A stretch of 64,000 bases of DNA from an uncultured Thermoplasmata archaeon. GTDB lineage: Archaea > Thermoplasmatota > Thermoplasmata > Lutacidiplasmatales > UBA184. The stretch lies in contig CAWDQP010000010.1 in assembly GCA_963804505.1 (NCBI GenBank), positions 123,330 through 187,329 on the forward strand, read 5' to 3'. Positions 21,393-31,828 of this stretch are shown here, piece after piece. The translations under genes and the position numbers were made by a program. Under the pieces are notes generated by a model. The model did not search any database. It had not been told where the DNA came from and saw only the letters and a program-made list of their open reading frames with translations. Position 1 is the first letter of the stretch; the number at the start of each line of letters is the position of its first letter.

Positions 21393-22775
21393 GTGACTTC
21401 TTTGTCCATCTGCATCAACACGCAGACGCCGCTCGTCCAGTTCCTCGACCCGCCCGAGGGAGTCCTGCGTTCCGACGTGACGCCCGACCCCGCCGACCTC
21501 GCGGAGCTCCGGGAGGGGATCGATTACCGGTACTCTCCCGGCGGGGTCACTCGGATGGTCTACCCGCTGGTCCGACGGCTCCTCCGCACGAAAGTCCTCA
21601 GCGAGGCACACTGGGTCGCGCTGAATCCCCGCGCTCCACGCACCGTCCGTCTCGACGGCATGACCCTGCACCATGTCGCGCTCGAAAGCCGGCGGATGGC
21701 CGGGTACGGGGCGGTGAAGGAGGCGATCTGGGGCCGAATCCACGAGGTCGATGCCTCCGACCCCGAGGACGACCTGTTCTGGAGCGACGCATTCTCCGAA
21801 TACGCGTACTACAACCGGCGCACCGCCGAGCTGATACGAAAGCTGGACGACACCCACGACTTCGACGCGTTCTACATCCACGATTTCCAGCAGATGCCCG
21901 TCGGGCAAATGCTCGGGACGCTGAAACCGAAGATCTTCCGTTGGCATATTCCGTTCGACGCGGCCACGCTCCCCGGATCGTGGCGGTCGGTGTGGCGTTC
22001 GTACCTGGACAGCTACGACATGATCGTCGTGAGCGCGGCCCAGTATGCGGCATCGCTCGCCCGGCTCGAACCGAAGGGCAAGGTGGTCCGCCAGTACCCC
22101 TACGTCGACCCGGACGAATACTCCCGGCCGGGTCGCCGGGCGGTCGCAGCCGTCGGCCGCCGATTGGGACTGGCGGCGGAGGACGAGGTGGCGCTCGTGG
22201 TCGGTCGGATGGACCCGATCAAGGGACAGGACCTTGCGATCGCCGCGATGGCCAAGCTCGCCGACCGCTACCCCGCGCTCAAGTTGGTGCTTGTCGGGAA
22301 CGGCAGCTTCTCGGGCTCGCGGGCCGGCCTCGGCCTCTCGAAATCGTCCGTCTGGAGAACCCACCTGGAGGACGTGGTGAAAAGCGCGAACCTCGAGGGT
22401 CGGGTCGTCTTCACCGGCCACGTTTCGCAGGCCGACCTCGATTGTCTCTACGAGCGGTGCCGTTTCACCATCCTCCCGTCCGTTCGGGAGGGGTTCGGCC
22501 TCGTCGCTGTCGAGAGCTGGCTGCACGGCAAGCCGACGATCGTAACGAAGCGCTCCGGGATCGCCGAGCTGGTCCGCGACGGGACGAACGGCCTCCTGTT
22601 CGACCCCGATCGTCCCGGCGGGCTCGTCCGGAAGATGAGGCTATTATTGGACGACCGCTCCGGACGGCTGCGCGATCGGTTGGTTCGCAACGGACGCACG
22701 ACCGCTCGGAAGTGCTCGCTGGCGGCCGCCGCGATCGCGGAACGGGCGATGCTGGTCGAGCTCACGGAGGCGTGA
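21393..22775 (+). CDS. Glycosyltransferase family 4 (TreT/OtsA-like)
   Basis: SPGGV, YIHDFQQ, WHIPFD, VGRMDPIKG and EGFGLVAVES motifs. Confidence 0.85.
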   Translation: MTSLSICINTQTPLVQFLDPPEGVLRSDVTPDPADLAELREGIDYRYSPGGVTRMVYPLVRRLLRTKVLSEAHWVALNPRAPRTVRLDGMTLHHVALESRRMAGYGAVKEAIWGRIHEVDASDPEDDLFWSDAFSEYAYYNRRTAELIRKLDDTHDFDAFYIHDFQQMPVGQMLGTLKPKIFRWHIPFDAATLPGSWRSVWRSYLDSYDMIVVSAAQYAASLARLEPKGKVVRQYPYVDPDEYSRPGRRAVAAVGRRLGLAAEDEVALVVGRMDPIKGQDLAIAAMAKLADRYPALKLVLVGNGSFSGSRAGLGLSKSSVWRTHLEDVVKSANLEGRVVFTGHVSQADLDCLYERCRFTILPSVREGFGLVAVESWLHGKPTIVTKRSGIAELVRDGTNGLLFDPDRPGGLVRKMRLLLDDRSGRLRDRLVRNGRTTARKCSLAAAAIAERAMLVELTEA

Positions 22776-23533
22776 ATGACGCTGCTGGGGGCGCTGTGGG
22801 ACTGGGTCGGACCGTACGCGCCGGCCGCGGTCATCATCACCCTCACGGTCGTCCTCGCCTGGCTCGTCAGCCTGCTGGTCGGCCGCCTCCTGCGCCAGAG
22901 CAGCCCCCAGATGGCCGCGGCGGGCCGACGCCTCTCCGCGGCGATCGTCGGCCTGGTCGGTGCCACGCTCGCCCTCCAGGCGCTGGGCCTGAACGCGGAC
23001 ATCGTCCTCGTACTGATCGCTCTGCTCGGCGGGGGTATCCTCGTCGCCCTGAGAGAGCCGCTCGGCAATTACGGTGCGAAGTACTTCTCCGACATCTACA
23101 CGCCGTTCAAGGTCGGCGACACGATCCAGGTCCTGGGGTTCTCGGGGAAGGTCATCGAGATCAACGCGATGACGACGGTCCTGCTCTCCGACAACGACCA
23201 GATCGTCTCGGTGCCGAACGTCGCGATGATCCGGGACGTGGTCGTGAACACCTCCCCGCACGCGTGGAAGGAGGTCGTCATCCCCATCACGATCGGCGGA
23301 CACGCCGACCTCGCGGCGTTCGAGAGCGACCTGCGCAAATCGCTCGCGAAGCTCCGCACCCGGCTCGACCGGCGGTTCCCCCGGTGCTGACGACCAAAGC
23401 GCGCTCGGCCCAGTCCACCGAATTGACCCTCACGCTGATGATCCGTCGGCCCGAGGACCGCGACGCGATCACGGCCGAAGTGAACAAACGGCTCGCCGAG
23501 GTTCTGGAGATGGTTCGCGGCACCCGCCGCTAG
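22776..23533 (+). CDS. Small-conductance mechanosensitive channel (MscS family; frameshift ~23385)
   Basis: Three TM helices, then PFKVGDTIQV.G.SGKVIEI....T.L...D...V.VPN. Confidence 0.85.
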
Positions 23534-24250
23534 CCTCGGCCGGCGAGCATCGCGGCCGCGAGAGGCCCTCGGACGAACTCGAGCGCCCCGACGTCAAACC
23601 TGCCTCGGCAGACGTACTCCGCCGCGGCCCGGACGCGCGGCTCGGCGTTGCCGACGGCGGCAGCGAGCACGGCTCCGTGCAGGAGATCGAGGTCGTTCTC
23701 GGCGTCCCCCAGCGCGGCATAGCCACCGTGCGCCACCCGCAGCTGCCGCAGAGCCGTTCGGGTGCCCGACCCTTTGTCGACGGCGGGCGGGAGGGCCATG
23801 ACCCGGTCGACGTTGGCGAGAAAGCGCACTCGCTGACCCCGGAGGGCTTTGACCAGCGCAGGCCGCTCACGGAGGGGCACCGAAACGATGACCTCACCGT
23901 ACCGCGCGTGGATCCTGGGCCAGGCGTCGAGACGCCGGCGGACCTGGGTGCCGATGCCACGCCCTACCATGCGGAGCGACGATCCGAGCGGGGCCTCGAC
24001 GACCGCGCCGTTCTCCGCGACGATCCCATCGACGTGACCGAACGACCGCGCGAACGCCCGGAGCTTGTCGGTACTCGCGGCCGGAGACGAGGAGCGTCCG
24101 AAGGCCCATGGCCTGCGCTTCTCGAAGGGCGTCCCTTCCTCGGCGGGTCACCCGGCCCCCGGGGCGAATCAAGGTCCGGTCGAGATCGCTGGCGAATGCA
24201 ACGATTCCCGGCCCCTTCCCGAGAGTCCCGGGAATGGGTGTTGGCCCCAC
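23530..24250 (-). CDS. HAD-superfamily phosphatase, subfamily IIB/Cof/SPP-like (frameshifted)
   Basis: ASDLDRTL, LVSGR, AENGAVV, VDKGSG and LGDAENDLDLL across frames. Confidence 0.8.
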
Positions 24251-24388
24251 GAGGGCACGCCTCTCCCCACGGAAACGACTATGGTACGTCCGCGCGTCAT
24301 GATATCGGTGCCGCGGCGAGGTCATCGGAATGGCAATCGAGGCGCAGCCGACTAGTTACGGATTCCTCCGGAGCCGTTCCGCGGGGAG

Positions 24389-26278
24389 GTGACGATGGGC
24401 GGGGGCCCGATGCCGTCGGAGCGACCGCGAGCGGCGGACCGAACGGAATCGGACGCCCTTTCCGCCTCCGTGGAAGCAGGCGAGCCCTGGCCCTCGCTCA
24501 ACGACTACGGTCTCATCGGGAACGAGACGACAGGGGCGCTCGTTTCCCGGCACGGGTCGATCGATTGGGCCTGCCTTCCCCGTTTCGACAGTCCGAGCGT
24601 CTTCGCCCGCCTGCTCGACCGCCGCGCGGGAGGATCGCACCAGGTCGTACCGGTCGAGAAGTACGTCTCCCACCAGCAGTACGTCGGCGGCACGAACGTC
24701 CTGACTACTTTCTTCGAGATCCGGCGTGGCGTGACCCTGACCCTGACCGATTTCATGCCGACGGGCCCGCCGGTCACTTCGATCGGCGGAGATCCGAGGG
24801 TGGTGCGCCGCGTGGTCGCCCGGGGTGCGGGGGTCGACGTCCTCCTCCTCGCCGACCCTCGGTTCGACTATGCCCGGTCCGACCCCGCGTGGGAGGGCGC
24901 GGACGGCGTCGCGATTGCGACGAGCGGGCCCGCGCGGATGTCGTTCACCAGCCCGTGGCCGTGGCAGGCTCACGGCGTGGGGATGCGCTCCGGGGGGACG
25001 GTCGAGCCGGGTCGACCGATCTTCGTGCAGCTCCGCTGGGGCGATGCGCCCCCGGCGGAGCCGACGCCCTCGTCGCTCCTCGCGGTGACGGACGCCTACT
25101 GGCGCGGCTGGGTCTCCCCGACGGACGCACCGATGCGGCGCGTCGCCGCGCGGTGGCATCCGTGGGTGGAGCGCTCGGAGCTCGTACTCAAGCTGCTCTC
25201 GTACGCCGACTCGGGCGTGTTCGTGGCCGCGCCCACGACATCGCTGCCCGAGTGGCCGGGGGGTTCCCGCAACTGGGACTACCGGTATGTCTGGATCCGG
25301 GACGCCGCGTTCACGGCCCAGGTGTTCCTTCTCCTCGGTCACGTCAGCGAGGCCCGGGCGTACGTCTCCTGGGCGTTCGACCGGGCCGAGCGGCTGAAGG
25401 ACGACGAGGAGCTGCGTACCGTCTACACCGTGGACGGCGGCGACCCTCCCGCCGAAACCGAATTGACGCACCTCGAGGGATACCGTGGCTCCCGCCCCGT
25501 GCGCGTCGGGAACGATGCGGCGGGCCAGCGCCAGCTCGACATCTACGGGGAGATCCTCGACTCCGCGGCGCTCCTCGAGCGGCTCGACCCGGCGTTCGTC
25601 CGTGACCACTGGTCGACGATCGAACGGCTCGCGCAGAGGATCGTCACGCTGTGGGCCTTGCCGGACAGCGGCATGTGGGAGGCGCGGTCGGCCCCGGCCC
25701 ATCACGTTCACTCGAAGTTGATGTGCTGGGTGGCGCTCGACCGGGCCATCCATCTCGCCCAGGAGTTCGGCAAGACCGACCCGGTCGACCGGTGGTCGAG
25801 GGTCGCCGACGAGATCCGGGCTGCGATCCTGTCCCGCGGGTACGACGACCGGCTCGGGTCGTTCGTCCAGGTCTTCGACCGATCCGAGATCGACGCGAGC
25901 GCGCTGCGGATCGGTCTGGACGGGTTCTTGCCCCCGAACGATCCCCGCGTCGTCGGCACGATCGCCGCTGTGGAGCAGAAGCTCGCTCGTGGGCCCTTCG
26001 TCCGGCGCTACGAGGGCGACGACGGTGTTGGTGGTCCGGAGGGGGCGTTCCTGCTCTGCTCGTTCTGGCTCGTCGAGTCGCTCGCCAAGAGCGGTCAGAT
26101 GGACCGGGCGCTCGACCACTGGCGCGCGCTGCTTGACGTCGCCGGCCCGCTGTTGCTGTTCCCCGAGGAGTACGACCCGGTCGCGAAGCTGCCGCTCGGG
26201 AACTATCCTCAGGCATTCACGCACATTGGCGTGCTTCGTGCGGCGTTCGCGCTCGGGTTGATGTCGCCGGAAGGATAG
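24389..26278 (+). CDS. Glycoside hydrolase family 15 (trehalase/glucoamylase)
   Basis: DYGLIGN, AAPTTSLPE..GG.RNWDYRYVWIRD, QLDIYGE, GMWE and GNYPQAFTH. Confidence 0.92.
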   Translation: MTMGGGPMPSERPRAADRTESDALSASVEAGEPWPSLNDYGLIGNETTGALVSRHGSIDWACLPRFDSPSVFARLLDRRAGGSHQVVPVEKYVSHQQYVGGTNVLTTFFEIRRGVTLTLTDFMPTGPPVTSIGGDPRVVRRVVARGAGVDVLLLADPRFDYARSDPAWEGADGVAIATSGPARMSFTSPWPWQAHGVGMRSGGTVEPGRPIFVQLRWGDAPPAEPTPSSLLAVTDAYWRGWVSPTDAPMRRVAARWHPWVERSELVLKLLSYADSGVFVAAPTTSLPEWPGGSRNWDYRYVWIRDAAFTAQVFLLLGHVSEARAYVSWAFDRAERLKDDEELRTVYTVDGGDPPAETELTHLEGYRGSRPVRVGNDAAGQRQLDIYGEILDSAALLERLDPAFVRDHWSTIERLAQRIVTLWALPDSGMWEARSAPAHHVHSKLMCWVALDRAIHLAQEFGKTDPVDRWSRVADEIRAAILSRGYDDRLGSFVQVFDRSEIDASALRIGLDGFLPPNDPRVVGTIAAVEQKLARGPFVRRYEGDDGVGGPEGAFLLCSFWLVESLAKSGQMDRALDHWRALLDVAGPLLLFPEEYDPVAKLPLGNYPQAFTHIGVLRAAFALGLMSPEG

Positions 26279-26351
26279 GCGGCGCGGCGGGCGTTGGGCC
26301 GGGAGATGGTGCGGGCTTTGAGGGTGCTATTGGGGTAGAGCTTTGGCTGGC

Positions 26352-26683
26352 CTACGGAAGGTCAATCACCAACTTCTGATTCTCGACACGGACGGGGTAG
26401 GTCTTCACCGACTGGGTCGCCGGGCCCCGCCGGACCGCTCCCGTCGCTAGATCGAATTGTGATCCGTGCCACGGGCAGGTTACGATGCCGTTCCCGACCG
26501 GTCCCTGTTCGAGGGGACCGCGCACGTGCGTGCAAGCGGCATCGATGGCGTGCAAGGCAGGTCCGAGGTTGAACACCGCGATGGCTCGCCCGTCCACCAT
26601 GACCCGTACGGCAGTGCCGGGCGAAGGAGGCGGCTGATTGGCCACATGCGCCGGGGTCGTTTGGCGTCCCCCTCCGTCGTCAT
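26352..26683 (-). CDS. Rieske [2Fe-2S] ferredoxin
   Basis: CTH..GPL..G....CPWHGSQFD; N-terminus probably frameshifted. Confidence 0.85.
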
Positions 26684-26911
26684 GTCTCCCGCCGCATAAC
26701 TCTTCAGGCCTATGGGGCGGTGGCCGCCTCGGGCGAGGTGGTCGCGCCGTGGCACGGCCGCGAGCTCACCCAAGCCACTGCCTCGAACGCGCGGCCGGCG
26801 GTGTTCAATCGAGCTTGAGTCCACACGCTACCGATCCCGTTCCTGCGGGCAGAATCGGGGCCCCTCGCCTCCGGAGTAAGGTTCAAGAACTCCCAGCCAC
26901 CCACCAAACTC

Positions 26912-26960
26912 GGCGATGAAGTCCGCCTGAACTGCCGGCCCGAGGCTGATGACTTCTACC
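26912..26960 (+). ncRNA. Fluoride riboswitch (crcB motif)
   Basis: GGCGATGAAGTCCGCCTGAACTGCC..GGCTGATGACTTCTAC: P1 GGCG/CGCC, pseudoknot GAAGTC/GACTTC, conserved GCTGATGAC..CTAC; about 50 nt upstream of crcB. Confidence 0.92.
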
Positions 26961-27009
26961 CAGAATCGGGCGGGCGCGGGGGCGCCCGAGAACCCCCGGC
27001 AGGCGCAGC

Positions 27010-27399
27010 ATGGACGGAACGCAGGTGCGATTGGTGGCGTTGGTGGCGGTCGGCGGCGCGCTCGGCAGCGTCGCGCGCTACGGAGTGACCGGGCTTCTGA
27101 CCAAGGGAGACTTTCCGTGGGGGACGTTCGCGGTGAACTTCTCCGGAACGTTTCTGCTGACGGTCCTGTTCTTCCTGTTCCTGGGGCGAGGGTACCTCGC
27201 CCCGGAAGTACGAACGTTCCTGTTCATCGGCGTCTTCGGCGGGTACACCACGTTTTCGACGTTCGGCTTGGAGACGGTAACGTTCCTCCGCTCGGGTCAA
27301 CTCTGGCTGGGTGTCCTCGACATATCCCTTAACGGGGGGCTCTGCCTCCTGGGAGCTGTCGCGGGGGCCGCGATTGGGGTAGCGCTCGGAGCAGCCTAG
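27010..27399 (+). CDS. crcB: Fluoride efflux channel CrcB/Fluc
   Basis: GGALGSVARY, PWGTFAVN and GGYTTFSTF motifs. Confidence 0.95.
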   Translation: MDGTQVRLVALVAVGGALGSVARYGVTGLLTKGDFPWGTFAVNFSGTFLLTVLFFLFLGRGYLAPEVRTFLFIGVFGGYTTFSTFGLETVTFLRSGQLWLGVLDISLNGGLCLLGAVAGAAIGVALGAA

Positions 27400-27400
27400 C

Positions 27401-27730
27401 ATGAAGCTCGATGAGAAGGCGGTTCGACTCGAGATCTACGTGGGCGAGTCGGATCGATTCCACGGGAAGCCCGCCTACCAGGCCGTCGTGACGCTGATGC
27501 GAAGTCGGGGGCTGTGGGGCGCCACGGTGACCCGGGGGATCTACGGCTTCGGGAAGCGGAGCCTGCTGCATTCGGCCTCAGCTCTCCGTCTCAGCGAAGA
27601 TCTTCCCCTCATCATCGAGACCGTCGGCGCCGAGCCCAAGATCATGGCCATCGTACCGGAACTCAGCGAGATGGTGAAGGGCGGACTGATCACGATCGAG
27701 GACGTGAAGGTCCTGCGCTACCTCGGCTAG
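27401..27730 (+). CDS. DUF190 (PII-like) protein
   Basis: IYVGESD..HGKP.Y..GATVTRGIYGFG..LSEDLPLIIE; commonly follows crcB. Confidence 0.9.
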   Translation: MKLDEKAVRLEIYVGESDRFHGKPAYQAVVTLMRSRGLWGATVTRGIYGFGKRSLLHSASALRLSEDLPLIIETVGAEPKIMAIVPELSEMVKGGLITIEDVKVLRYLG

Positions 27731-27992
27731 TGCTCCGCCCGAAGCATCCAGGGGGACGGGCCGTGCGAAGGAGACGGACGCCGCGCCGCAGGGCTTCCGC
27801 GCGTAGGGGCCTCTCGACGGCCGACGCTACGTCGGCCACCGAAGGAGGGTCTTCGGCGAGCGGTCGCCGCGCCATGGACCGGAGTTCGAACCCGACGAGT
27901 GGGTCAGTCGTCCCAAGCTCCCGTGGCAACCCCGCCGGGCCCCGGAAGTGGGCGCCTTCCCTTTCGGGGTCATGGGCTGCCTCGGGCGGGGG

Positions 27993-28736
27993 CTAGGCCG
28001 GGATGGTCCTGGCCTTGCTACCGACAAACAACCCCCGACGCGGCATGAAGCCATCGGACAGGAATCGCGCTGGGAAACCGGCACGCCGCATCAGCTCGAG
28101 GTGTTCCCTGCGAGGGAGGAGAAGCCCCACGTCGGTGACTCGGTGGTATTGGATCCCGCGCCCGGGTCTGCCAATCAGGAAGTGGTACTGGATCCTGGAA
28201 AGGTTTCCCCGCCTCTGGGAAAACGCCAATCGGAGCACCGTGAGCCTGGGGTCCTCGTGTTGGCGAAGATGTAAGGTCCCGGGCCGGAACGTGGACGGGT
28301 CGATCCAGGGTTCCACGATGATCACTCCGCCCGGCTTTAGATGCCGCGCGAAGTTCGCATAGGTCCTCCGAACCTCGTTCTTGGTGGAGAGGTGCCCGAT
28401 GGCGCTGAAGAGGCAGCTCAGGACGTCAAAGCGCCGATCCGAGCGGAAGTCTCGCATGTCCGCGAGCTCGAGGCGAACGCCGGGGAGGCGACGCCGCGCG
28501 ACGCGCAACATCGCCCGGCTGGAATCGATCCCTTGGACGGGGTGGTGGCAGCGTAGGAATTCGAGATGCCGTCCCGTTCCGCACGCCACGTCGAGCCAGG
28601 TCGCCCCCACGCGCGCCCCGAATCGCTGGGCGAGGGCCTCGAGCCGGGTCGCTTCGCGGCGGTAGTTCTTCCAGTCGTTGAGAGCGTCGTAGTCCTCCGC
28701 CAACTCGTAGAACTGGGAGGCGCCGGAGCCCCTCAT
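27993..28736 (-). CDS. Class I SAM-dependent methyltransferase
   Basis: WLDVACGTGRH, ADMRDF, CLFSAIGH and HLKPGGVIIVEPW. Confidence 0.85.
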   Translation of the reverse strand: MRGSGASQFYELAEDYDALNDWKNYRREATRLEALAQRFGARVGATWLDVACGTGRHLEFLRCHHPVQGIDSSRAMLRVARRRLPGVRLELADMRDFRSDRRFDVLSCLFSAIGHLSTKNEVRRTYANFARHLKPGGVIIVEPWIDPSTFRPGTLHLRQHEDPRLTVLRLAFSQRRGNLSRIQYHFLIGRPGRGIQYHRVTDVGLLLPRREHLELMRRAGFPARFLSDGFMPRRGLFVGSKARTIPA

Positions 28737-28780
28737 GATCCGGCCCCGAACGCGCGGCGGGACGAGACGGCGGGCATACC

Positions 28781-29320
28781 TCACCTTGAGATCGGCTTCG
28801 CTCGGGCCTTGACTCGGGCCGTGGGAGGTAGGGAGTATCGCTGCGTCCACGAATCGGAGAGCTCGTCCCTGCGAGGCTTGTACACCTCCCCGTAGAACCC
28901 CTGGCGCGATTCCAGGACCGCGCGATCGAAGCCGCCGACGATCCGCATCGCCTCGCTCCATGCCGCCGCGAAGTTCTCCTTCGACCCGAAGCGTGCGATG
29001 ACCGATTGCTCGAACTTCTCCGCCGTCTGGTCCTCGTCGCCGATGGTGAAGACCAGCTCCGGGGAGCTCGGGTCGCGGAACGCCTCGTCATCGCCGAGCC
29101 GGTAGACCTCGCGGCGGGGCCGGCCCTTGGCCGATTCGGTCGGGGCTTCGTTCCCGGACGAGGACGGGCGGAACCCCTGCTTGGCGGCGGCGTAGAAGAC
29201 CGCCCGGTTCAATCCCCACGAATACGCCGCCTCCTGCGGCAGACCCAACGCTCGCGCCCGGGCCGCCTGGAGCACCGCCATCACGACGAACCGTGTCACC
29301 CGGCCAGCGTTCCGCACCAT
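28781..29320 (-). CDS. Conserved-looking hypothetical protein
   Basis: 179 aa ORF with genome-typical codon use (RFVVMAVLQAARA..SWGLNRAVFYAAAK..FY.EVYKP.RD). Confidence 0.65.
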   Translation of the reverse strand: MVRNAGRVTRFVVMAVLQAARARALGLPQEAAYSWGLNRAVFYAAAKQGFRPSSSGNEAPTESAKGRPRREVYRLGDDEAFRDPSSPELVFTIGDEDQTAEKFEQSVIARFGSKENFAAAWSEAMRIVGGFDRAVLESRQGFYGEVYKPRRDELSDSWTQRYSLPPTARVKARAKPISR

Positions 29321-29540
29321 ACGATGGATGTCGGTCCCGCGCGAATCCGGGGGCTCAATTCGAAAGCTCGAATATCTCTTGCGCGAAGGGCGACCCAGGG
29401 CCCGAGCCGGTCGGTTCGGCTACCGGCCGGCGAGCCCGTGCCCTGGCCACCGAGTTTTACACGCCACGGGACCTGCGGATGCTTCCACTGGAACACCGGC
29501 AGTTATATGGAGAATTTCGGATGATTCGTGCCCACCGAAC

Positions 29541-30176
29541 ATGGCCGCATTGCTCGAGCCTCCTAGGCCCCGACCGCTCTCGGGCTGGAGCGCTACCCGC
29601 TATCCCGGCCCGAGCGCCGAGGAGAGGGGGTATCGGTTGCAGGTCACGATCTCGGTCGAAGAACCCTCCGAAATCGACCCGCCGGCGGCGGCTCCGATCG
29701 AGCCGCCCCCTCCGGCAGTGGCCGAACTGCCCGCCCCGGTGCCCGCCGCCCCCGTGACCCCCCGACCCGACGCCAAGGGGCTCTACGACCTGCGACAGCT
29801 ACTGGGGCGAATTTGGTCGATTCCGGACGCGTCGACGCCCCCGACAACGTCGCCGTCTCCCGCCCCGCTCGAGCCCCACCACCCCGAGGAGGTCGTGCGG
29901 AGCCCCGAGCCCGATCCCCCCTCGGCACCGGAGGACCGCGGGCCCTCCGATTTCGCGCTGCTCTCCGTGATCCCGGATCGCGAGGAGCCCCACGAGATCC
30001 GACCCGCTCCCGTCGAGCCGCCGGGCACGATCCCCCGCTGGGTCTCGTCCCGGCCGGCCGGGAGCGTGGTCACGAGGCATCGGGCCCAGGCGTGGATCTG
30101 CGTCTCGTGCCGACTGATCAACGCGCCGTGGTCGGTGCTGTGCACCCGTTGCCGGAACGCCGCTCCTTCCAACTAG
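29541..30176 (+). CDS. Pro-rich protein with a C-terminal RanBP2-type zinc finger
   Basis: W-x-C-x2-C-x3-N-x6-C-x2-C at 30093-30152. Confidence 0.55.
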   Translation: MAALLEPPRPRPLSGWSATRYPGPSAEERGYRLQVTISVEEPSEIDPPAAAPIEPPPPAVAELPAPVPAAPVTPRPDAKGLYDLRQLLGRIWSIPDASTPPTTSPSPAPLEPHHPEEVVRSPEPDPPSAPEDRGPSDFALLSVIPDREEPHEIRPAPVEPPGTIPRWVSSRPAGSVVTRHRAQAWICVSCRLINAPWSVLCTRCRNAAPSN

Positions 30177-30197
30177 GCGCTCGCCCCGAGCGGAACT

Positions 30198-30743
30198 TCA
30201 CCGCGGGTTGTCCGAATCCGAGCCGCGTACTGCGCCGGACCGGCTCGCCCGGCTCGGGTCCACGTAGAGCCCCTGCGAGACCCGCAGGAATAGGAGGACC
30301 GGCTCCCCCAACCGGGTCACGGTGAGCCCGCGCTCGGTGAGCGCGTAGTTCACCCGGGGCGGGTGCGTCGAAAGCACTTCGCGCCGGACGAGTCCCATCC
30401 CTTCCAGCCGCTTCAGTTTCGAGGAGAGGACCCGGGAGCTGATCCCGGGAAGTGCCTTCTTGAGCTCCCCAAACCCCAGCTGGGTTTCGGTGTGGAACAG
30501 CACGAGGATGTCGATCGTCCATTTACCGAAGATCGACCGGACCAAGCCGAGGTTGACCCGGGGCGCGGCCTTCCCCGACCCGTCGGTGCTGAAGTCGGCC
30601 TGGGTCGCAAGGCTCTGGACGAACTCGGTCGACAGCTCGCGGAACTGGCGGAACTGGTCCTCGAGGAACAGTTCCCGGTTGCCGGACGGTGCCACCGCAT
30701 CCCGGGTGGCCAGCCGCGGGAGAGTGGGCCTTCGCGTCGTCAT
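30198..30743 (-). CDS. HxlR family winged-helix regulator
   Basis: GKWTIDIL..FGELKKALPGISSRVLSSKLKRLE..PPRVNYALTERG. Confidence 0.9.
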   Translation of the reverse strand: MTTRRPTLPRLATRDAVAPSGNRELFLEDQFRQFRELSTEFVQSLATQADFSTDGSGKAAPRVNLGLVRSIFGKWTIDILVLFHTETQLGFGELKKALPGISSRVLSSKLKRLEGMGLVRREVLSTHPPRVNYALTERGLTVTRLGEPVLLFLRVSQGLYVDPSRASRSGAVRGSDSDNPR

Positions 30744-30874
30744 TCTTCAAAATCCAATTGACAACCGTTCTTTACCCCAAGGCCGCGCACTTGTATAAAT
30801 GTGGTTTTTGCACGCGCCGCGAAGCCAGGGCGCGGTCGCAGGGTTCGACCCGGGACCGTCGGCGTGTCGGCGGC

Positions 30875-31746
30875 CTAGCGCGAGGCGCCGGGCGCGGGCG
30901 GGACGTCGGGAAGCCGGAACAGACGACGGGCGTTCCCGCCGAGGATGGCACGGCGGTCCGGTTCGGGCAGGTCCAACCGCTCGATGAGTTCGACCGCGGT
31001 CCCCAGCTCCTCGAGCGGCCAGTCCGAGCCGTAGAGGAACTTCTCCGGCGAGCCGACGTTGAGCACCGAGTTCAGGATCCGTTCCCGGCACAGCTCGACG
31101 GCGCGGGGGAAGTAGGGTGCGCTCGGGGGGCCCAGAAGGCCGGAGGTGTCGACGTAGACGTTCGGGTTCTTGTACACCACCTCCGCCGCCTCCTCGATCC
31201 AAGGGTTTCCCATGTGGCAGAGCACGAACCGGACGTCCGGAACCGGCCGGCGACCTCGTCGACCTCGAGCGGCCGAGCGAACTTGAGCAGACCCCGACCC
31301 TCGAGCGTGTCGCCCTGGTGGAGGAGCACCGGGAGGTTCTGCCGGTGCGCGAACTCGTAGACCGGGTCGAGGCGAGGATCGTGGGGGTAGAACGACAGAT
31401 ACCCGGGGAACAGCTTGAGGCCGACGACTCCGCGTTCGTCCGCGACCGCCCGCAGGGCGGCCGCGACCGAATCCGCCCCCCGGGTCGGATCGACCGTCGC
31501 GACGGGCAGGAGGCGGCCCCCGCTCGCCGCGTAGCTGGTCCGTCCCTCGACGAGCGCCTCCTCGGCGGAGGGGGCTTGGAATATCTGGATCGCCAACGCT
31601 TGCTCGATGCCGGCCCGGTCCATCTCCGCGAGCAACCCGGCGACCGAGTAGTCGAGATCCGGTCGGTAGCCGGTCTCTCGGATCCGGGGCCACCACCGGC
31701 TCAGATGGACGTGAGCGTCCACTCGCCCGCGGTGCACGTCGCGCAC
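30875..31746 (-). CDS. Amidohydrolase_2 family metal-dependent hydrolase (frameshift ~31245)
   Basis: VDAHVH, GLKLFPGY, VLLHQG, VLCHMGNP, NVYVDTS and LYGSDWP. Confidence 0.85.
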
Positions 31747-31828
31747 GTCGCCCGCGAGCCGATGCCCGCGCTTAATCCCTGGGATGGCAGCCGCCCCGGT
31801 CCCGCAATCCCCGACCGAGGACGGGGCC

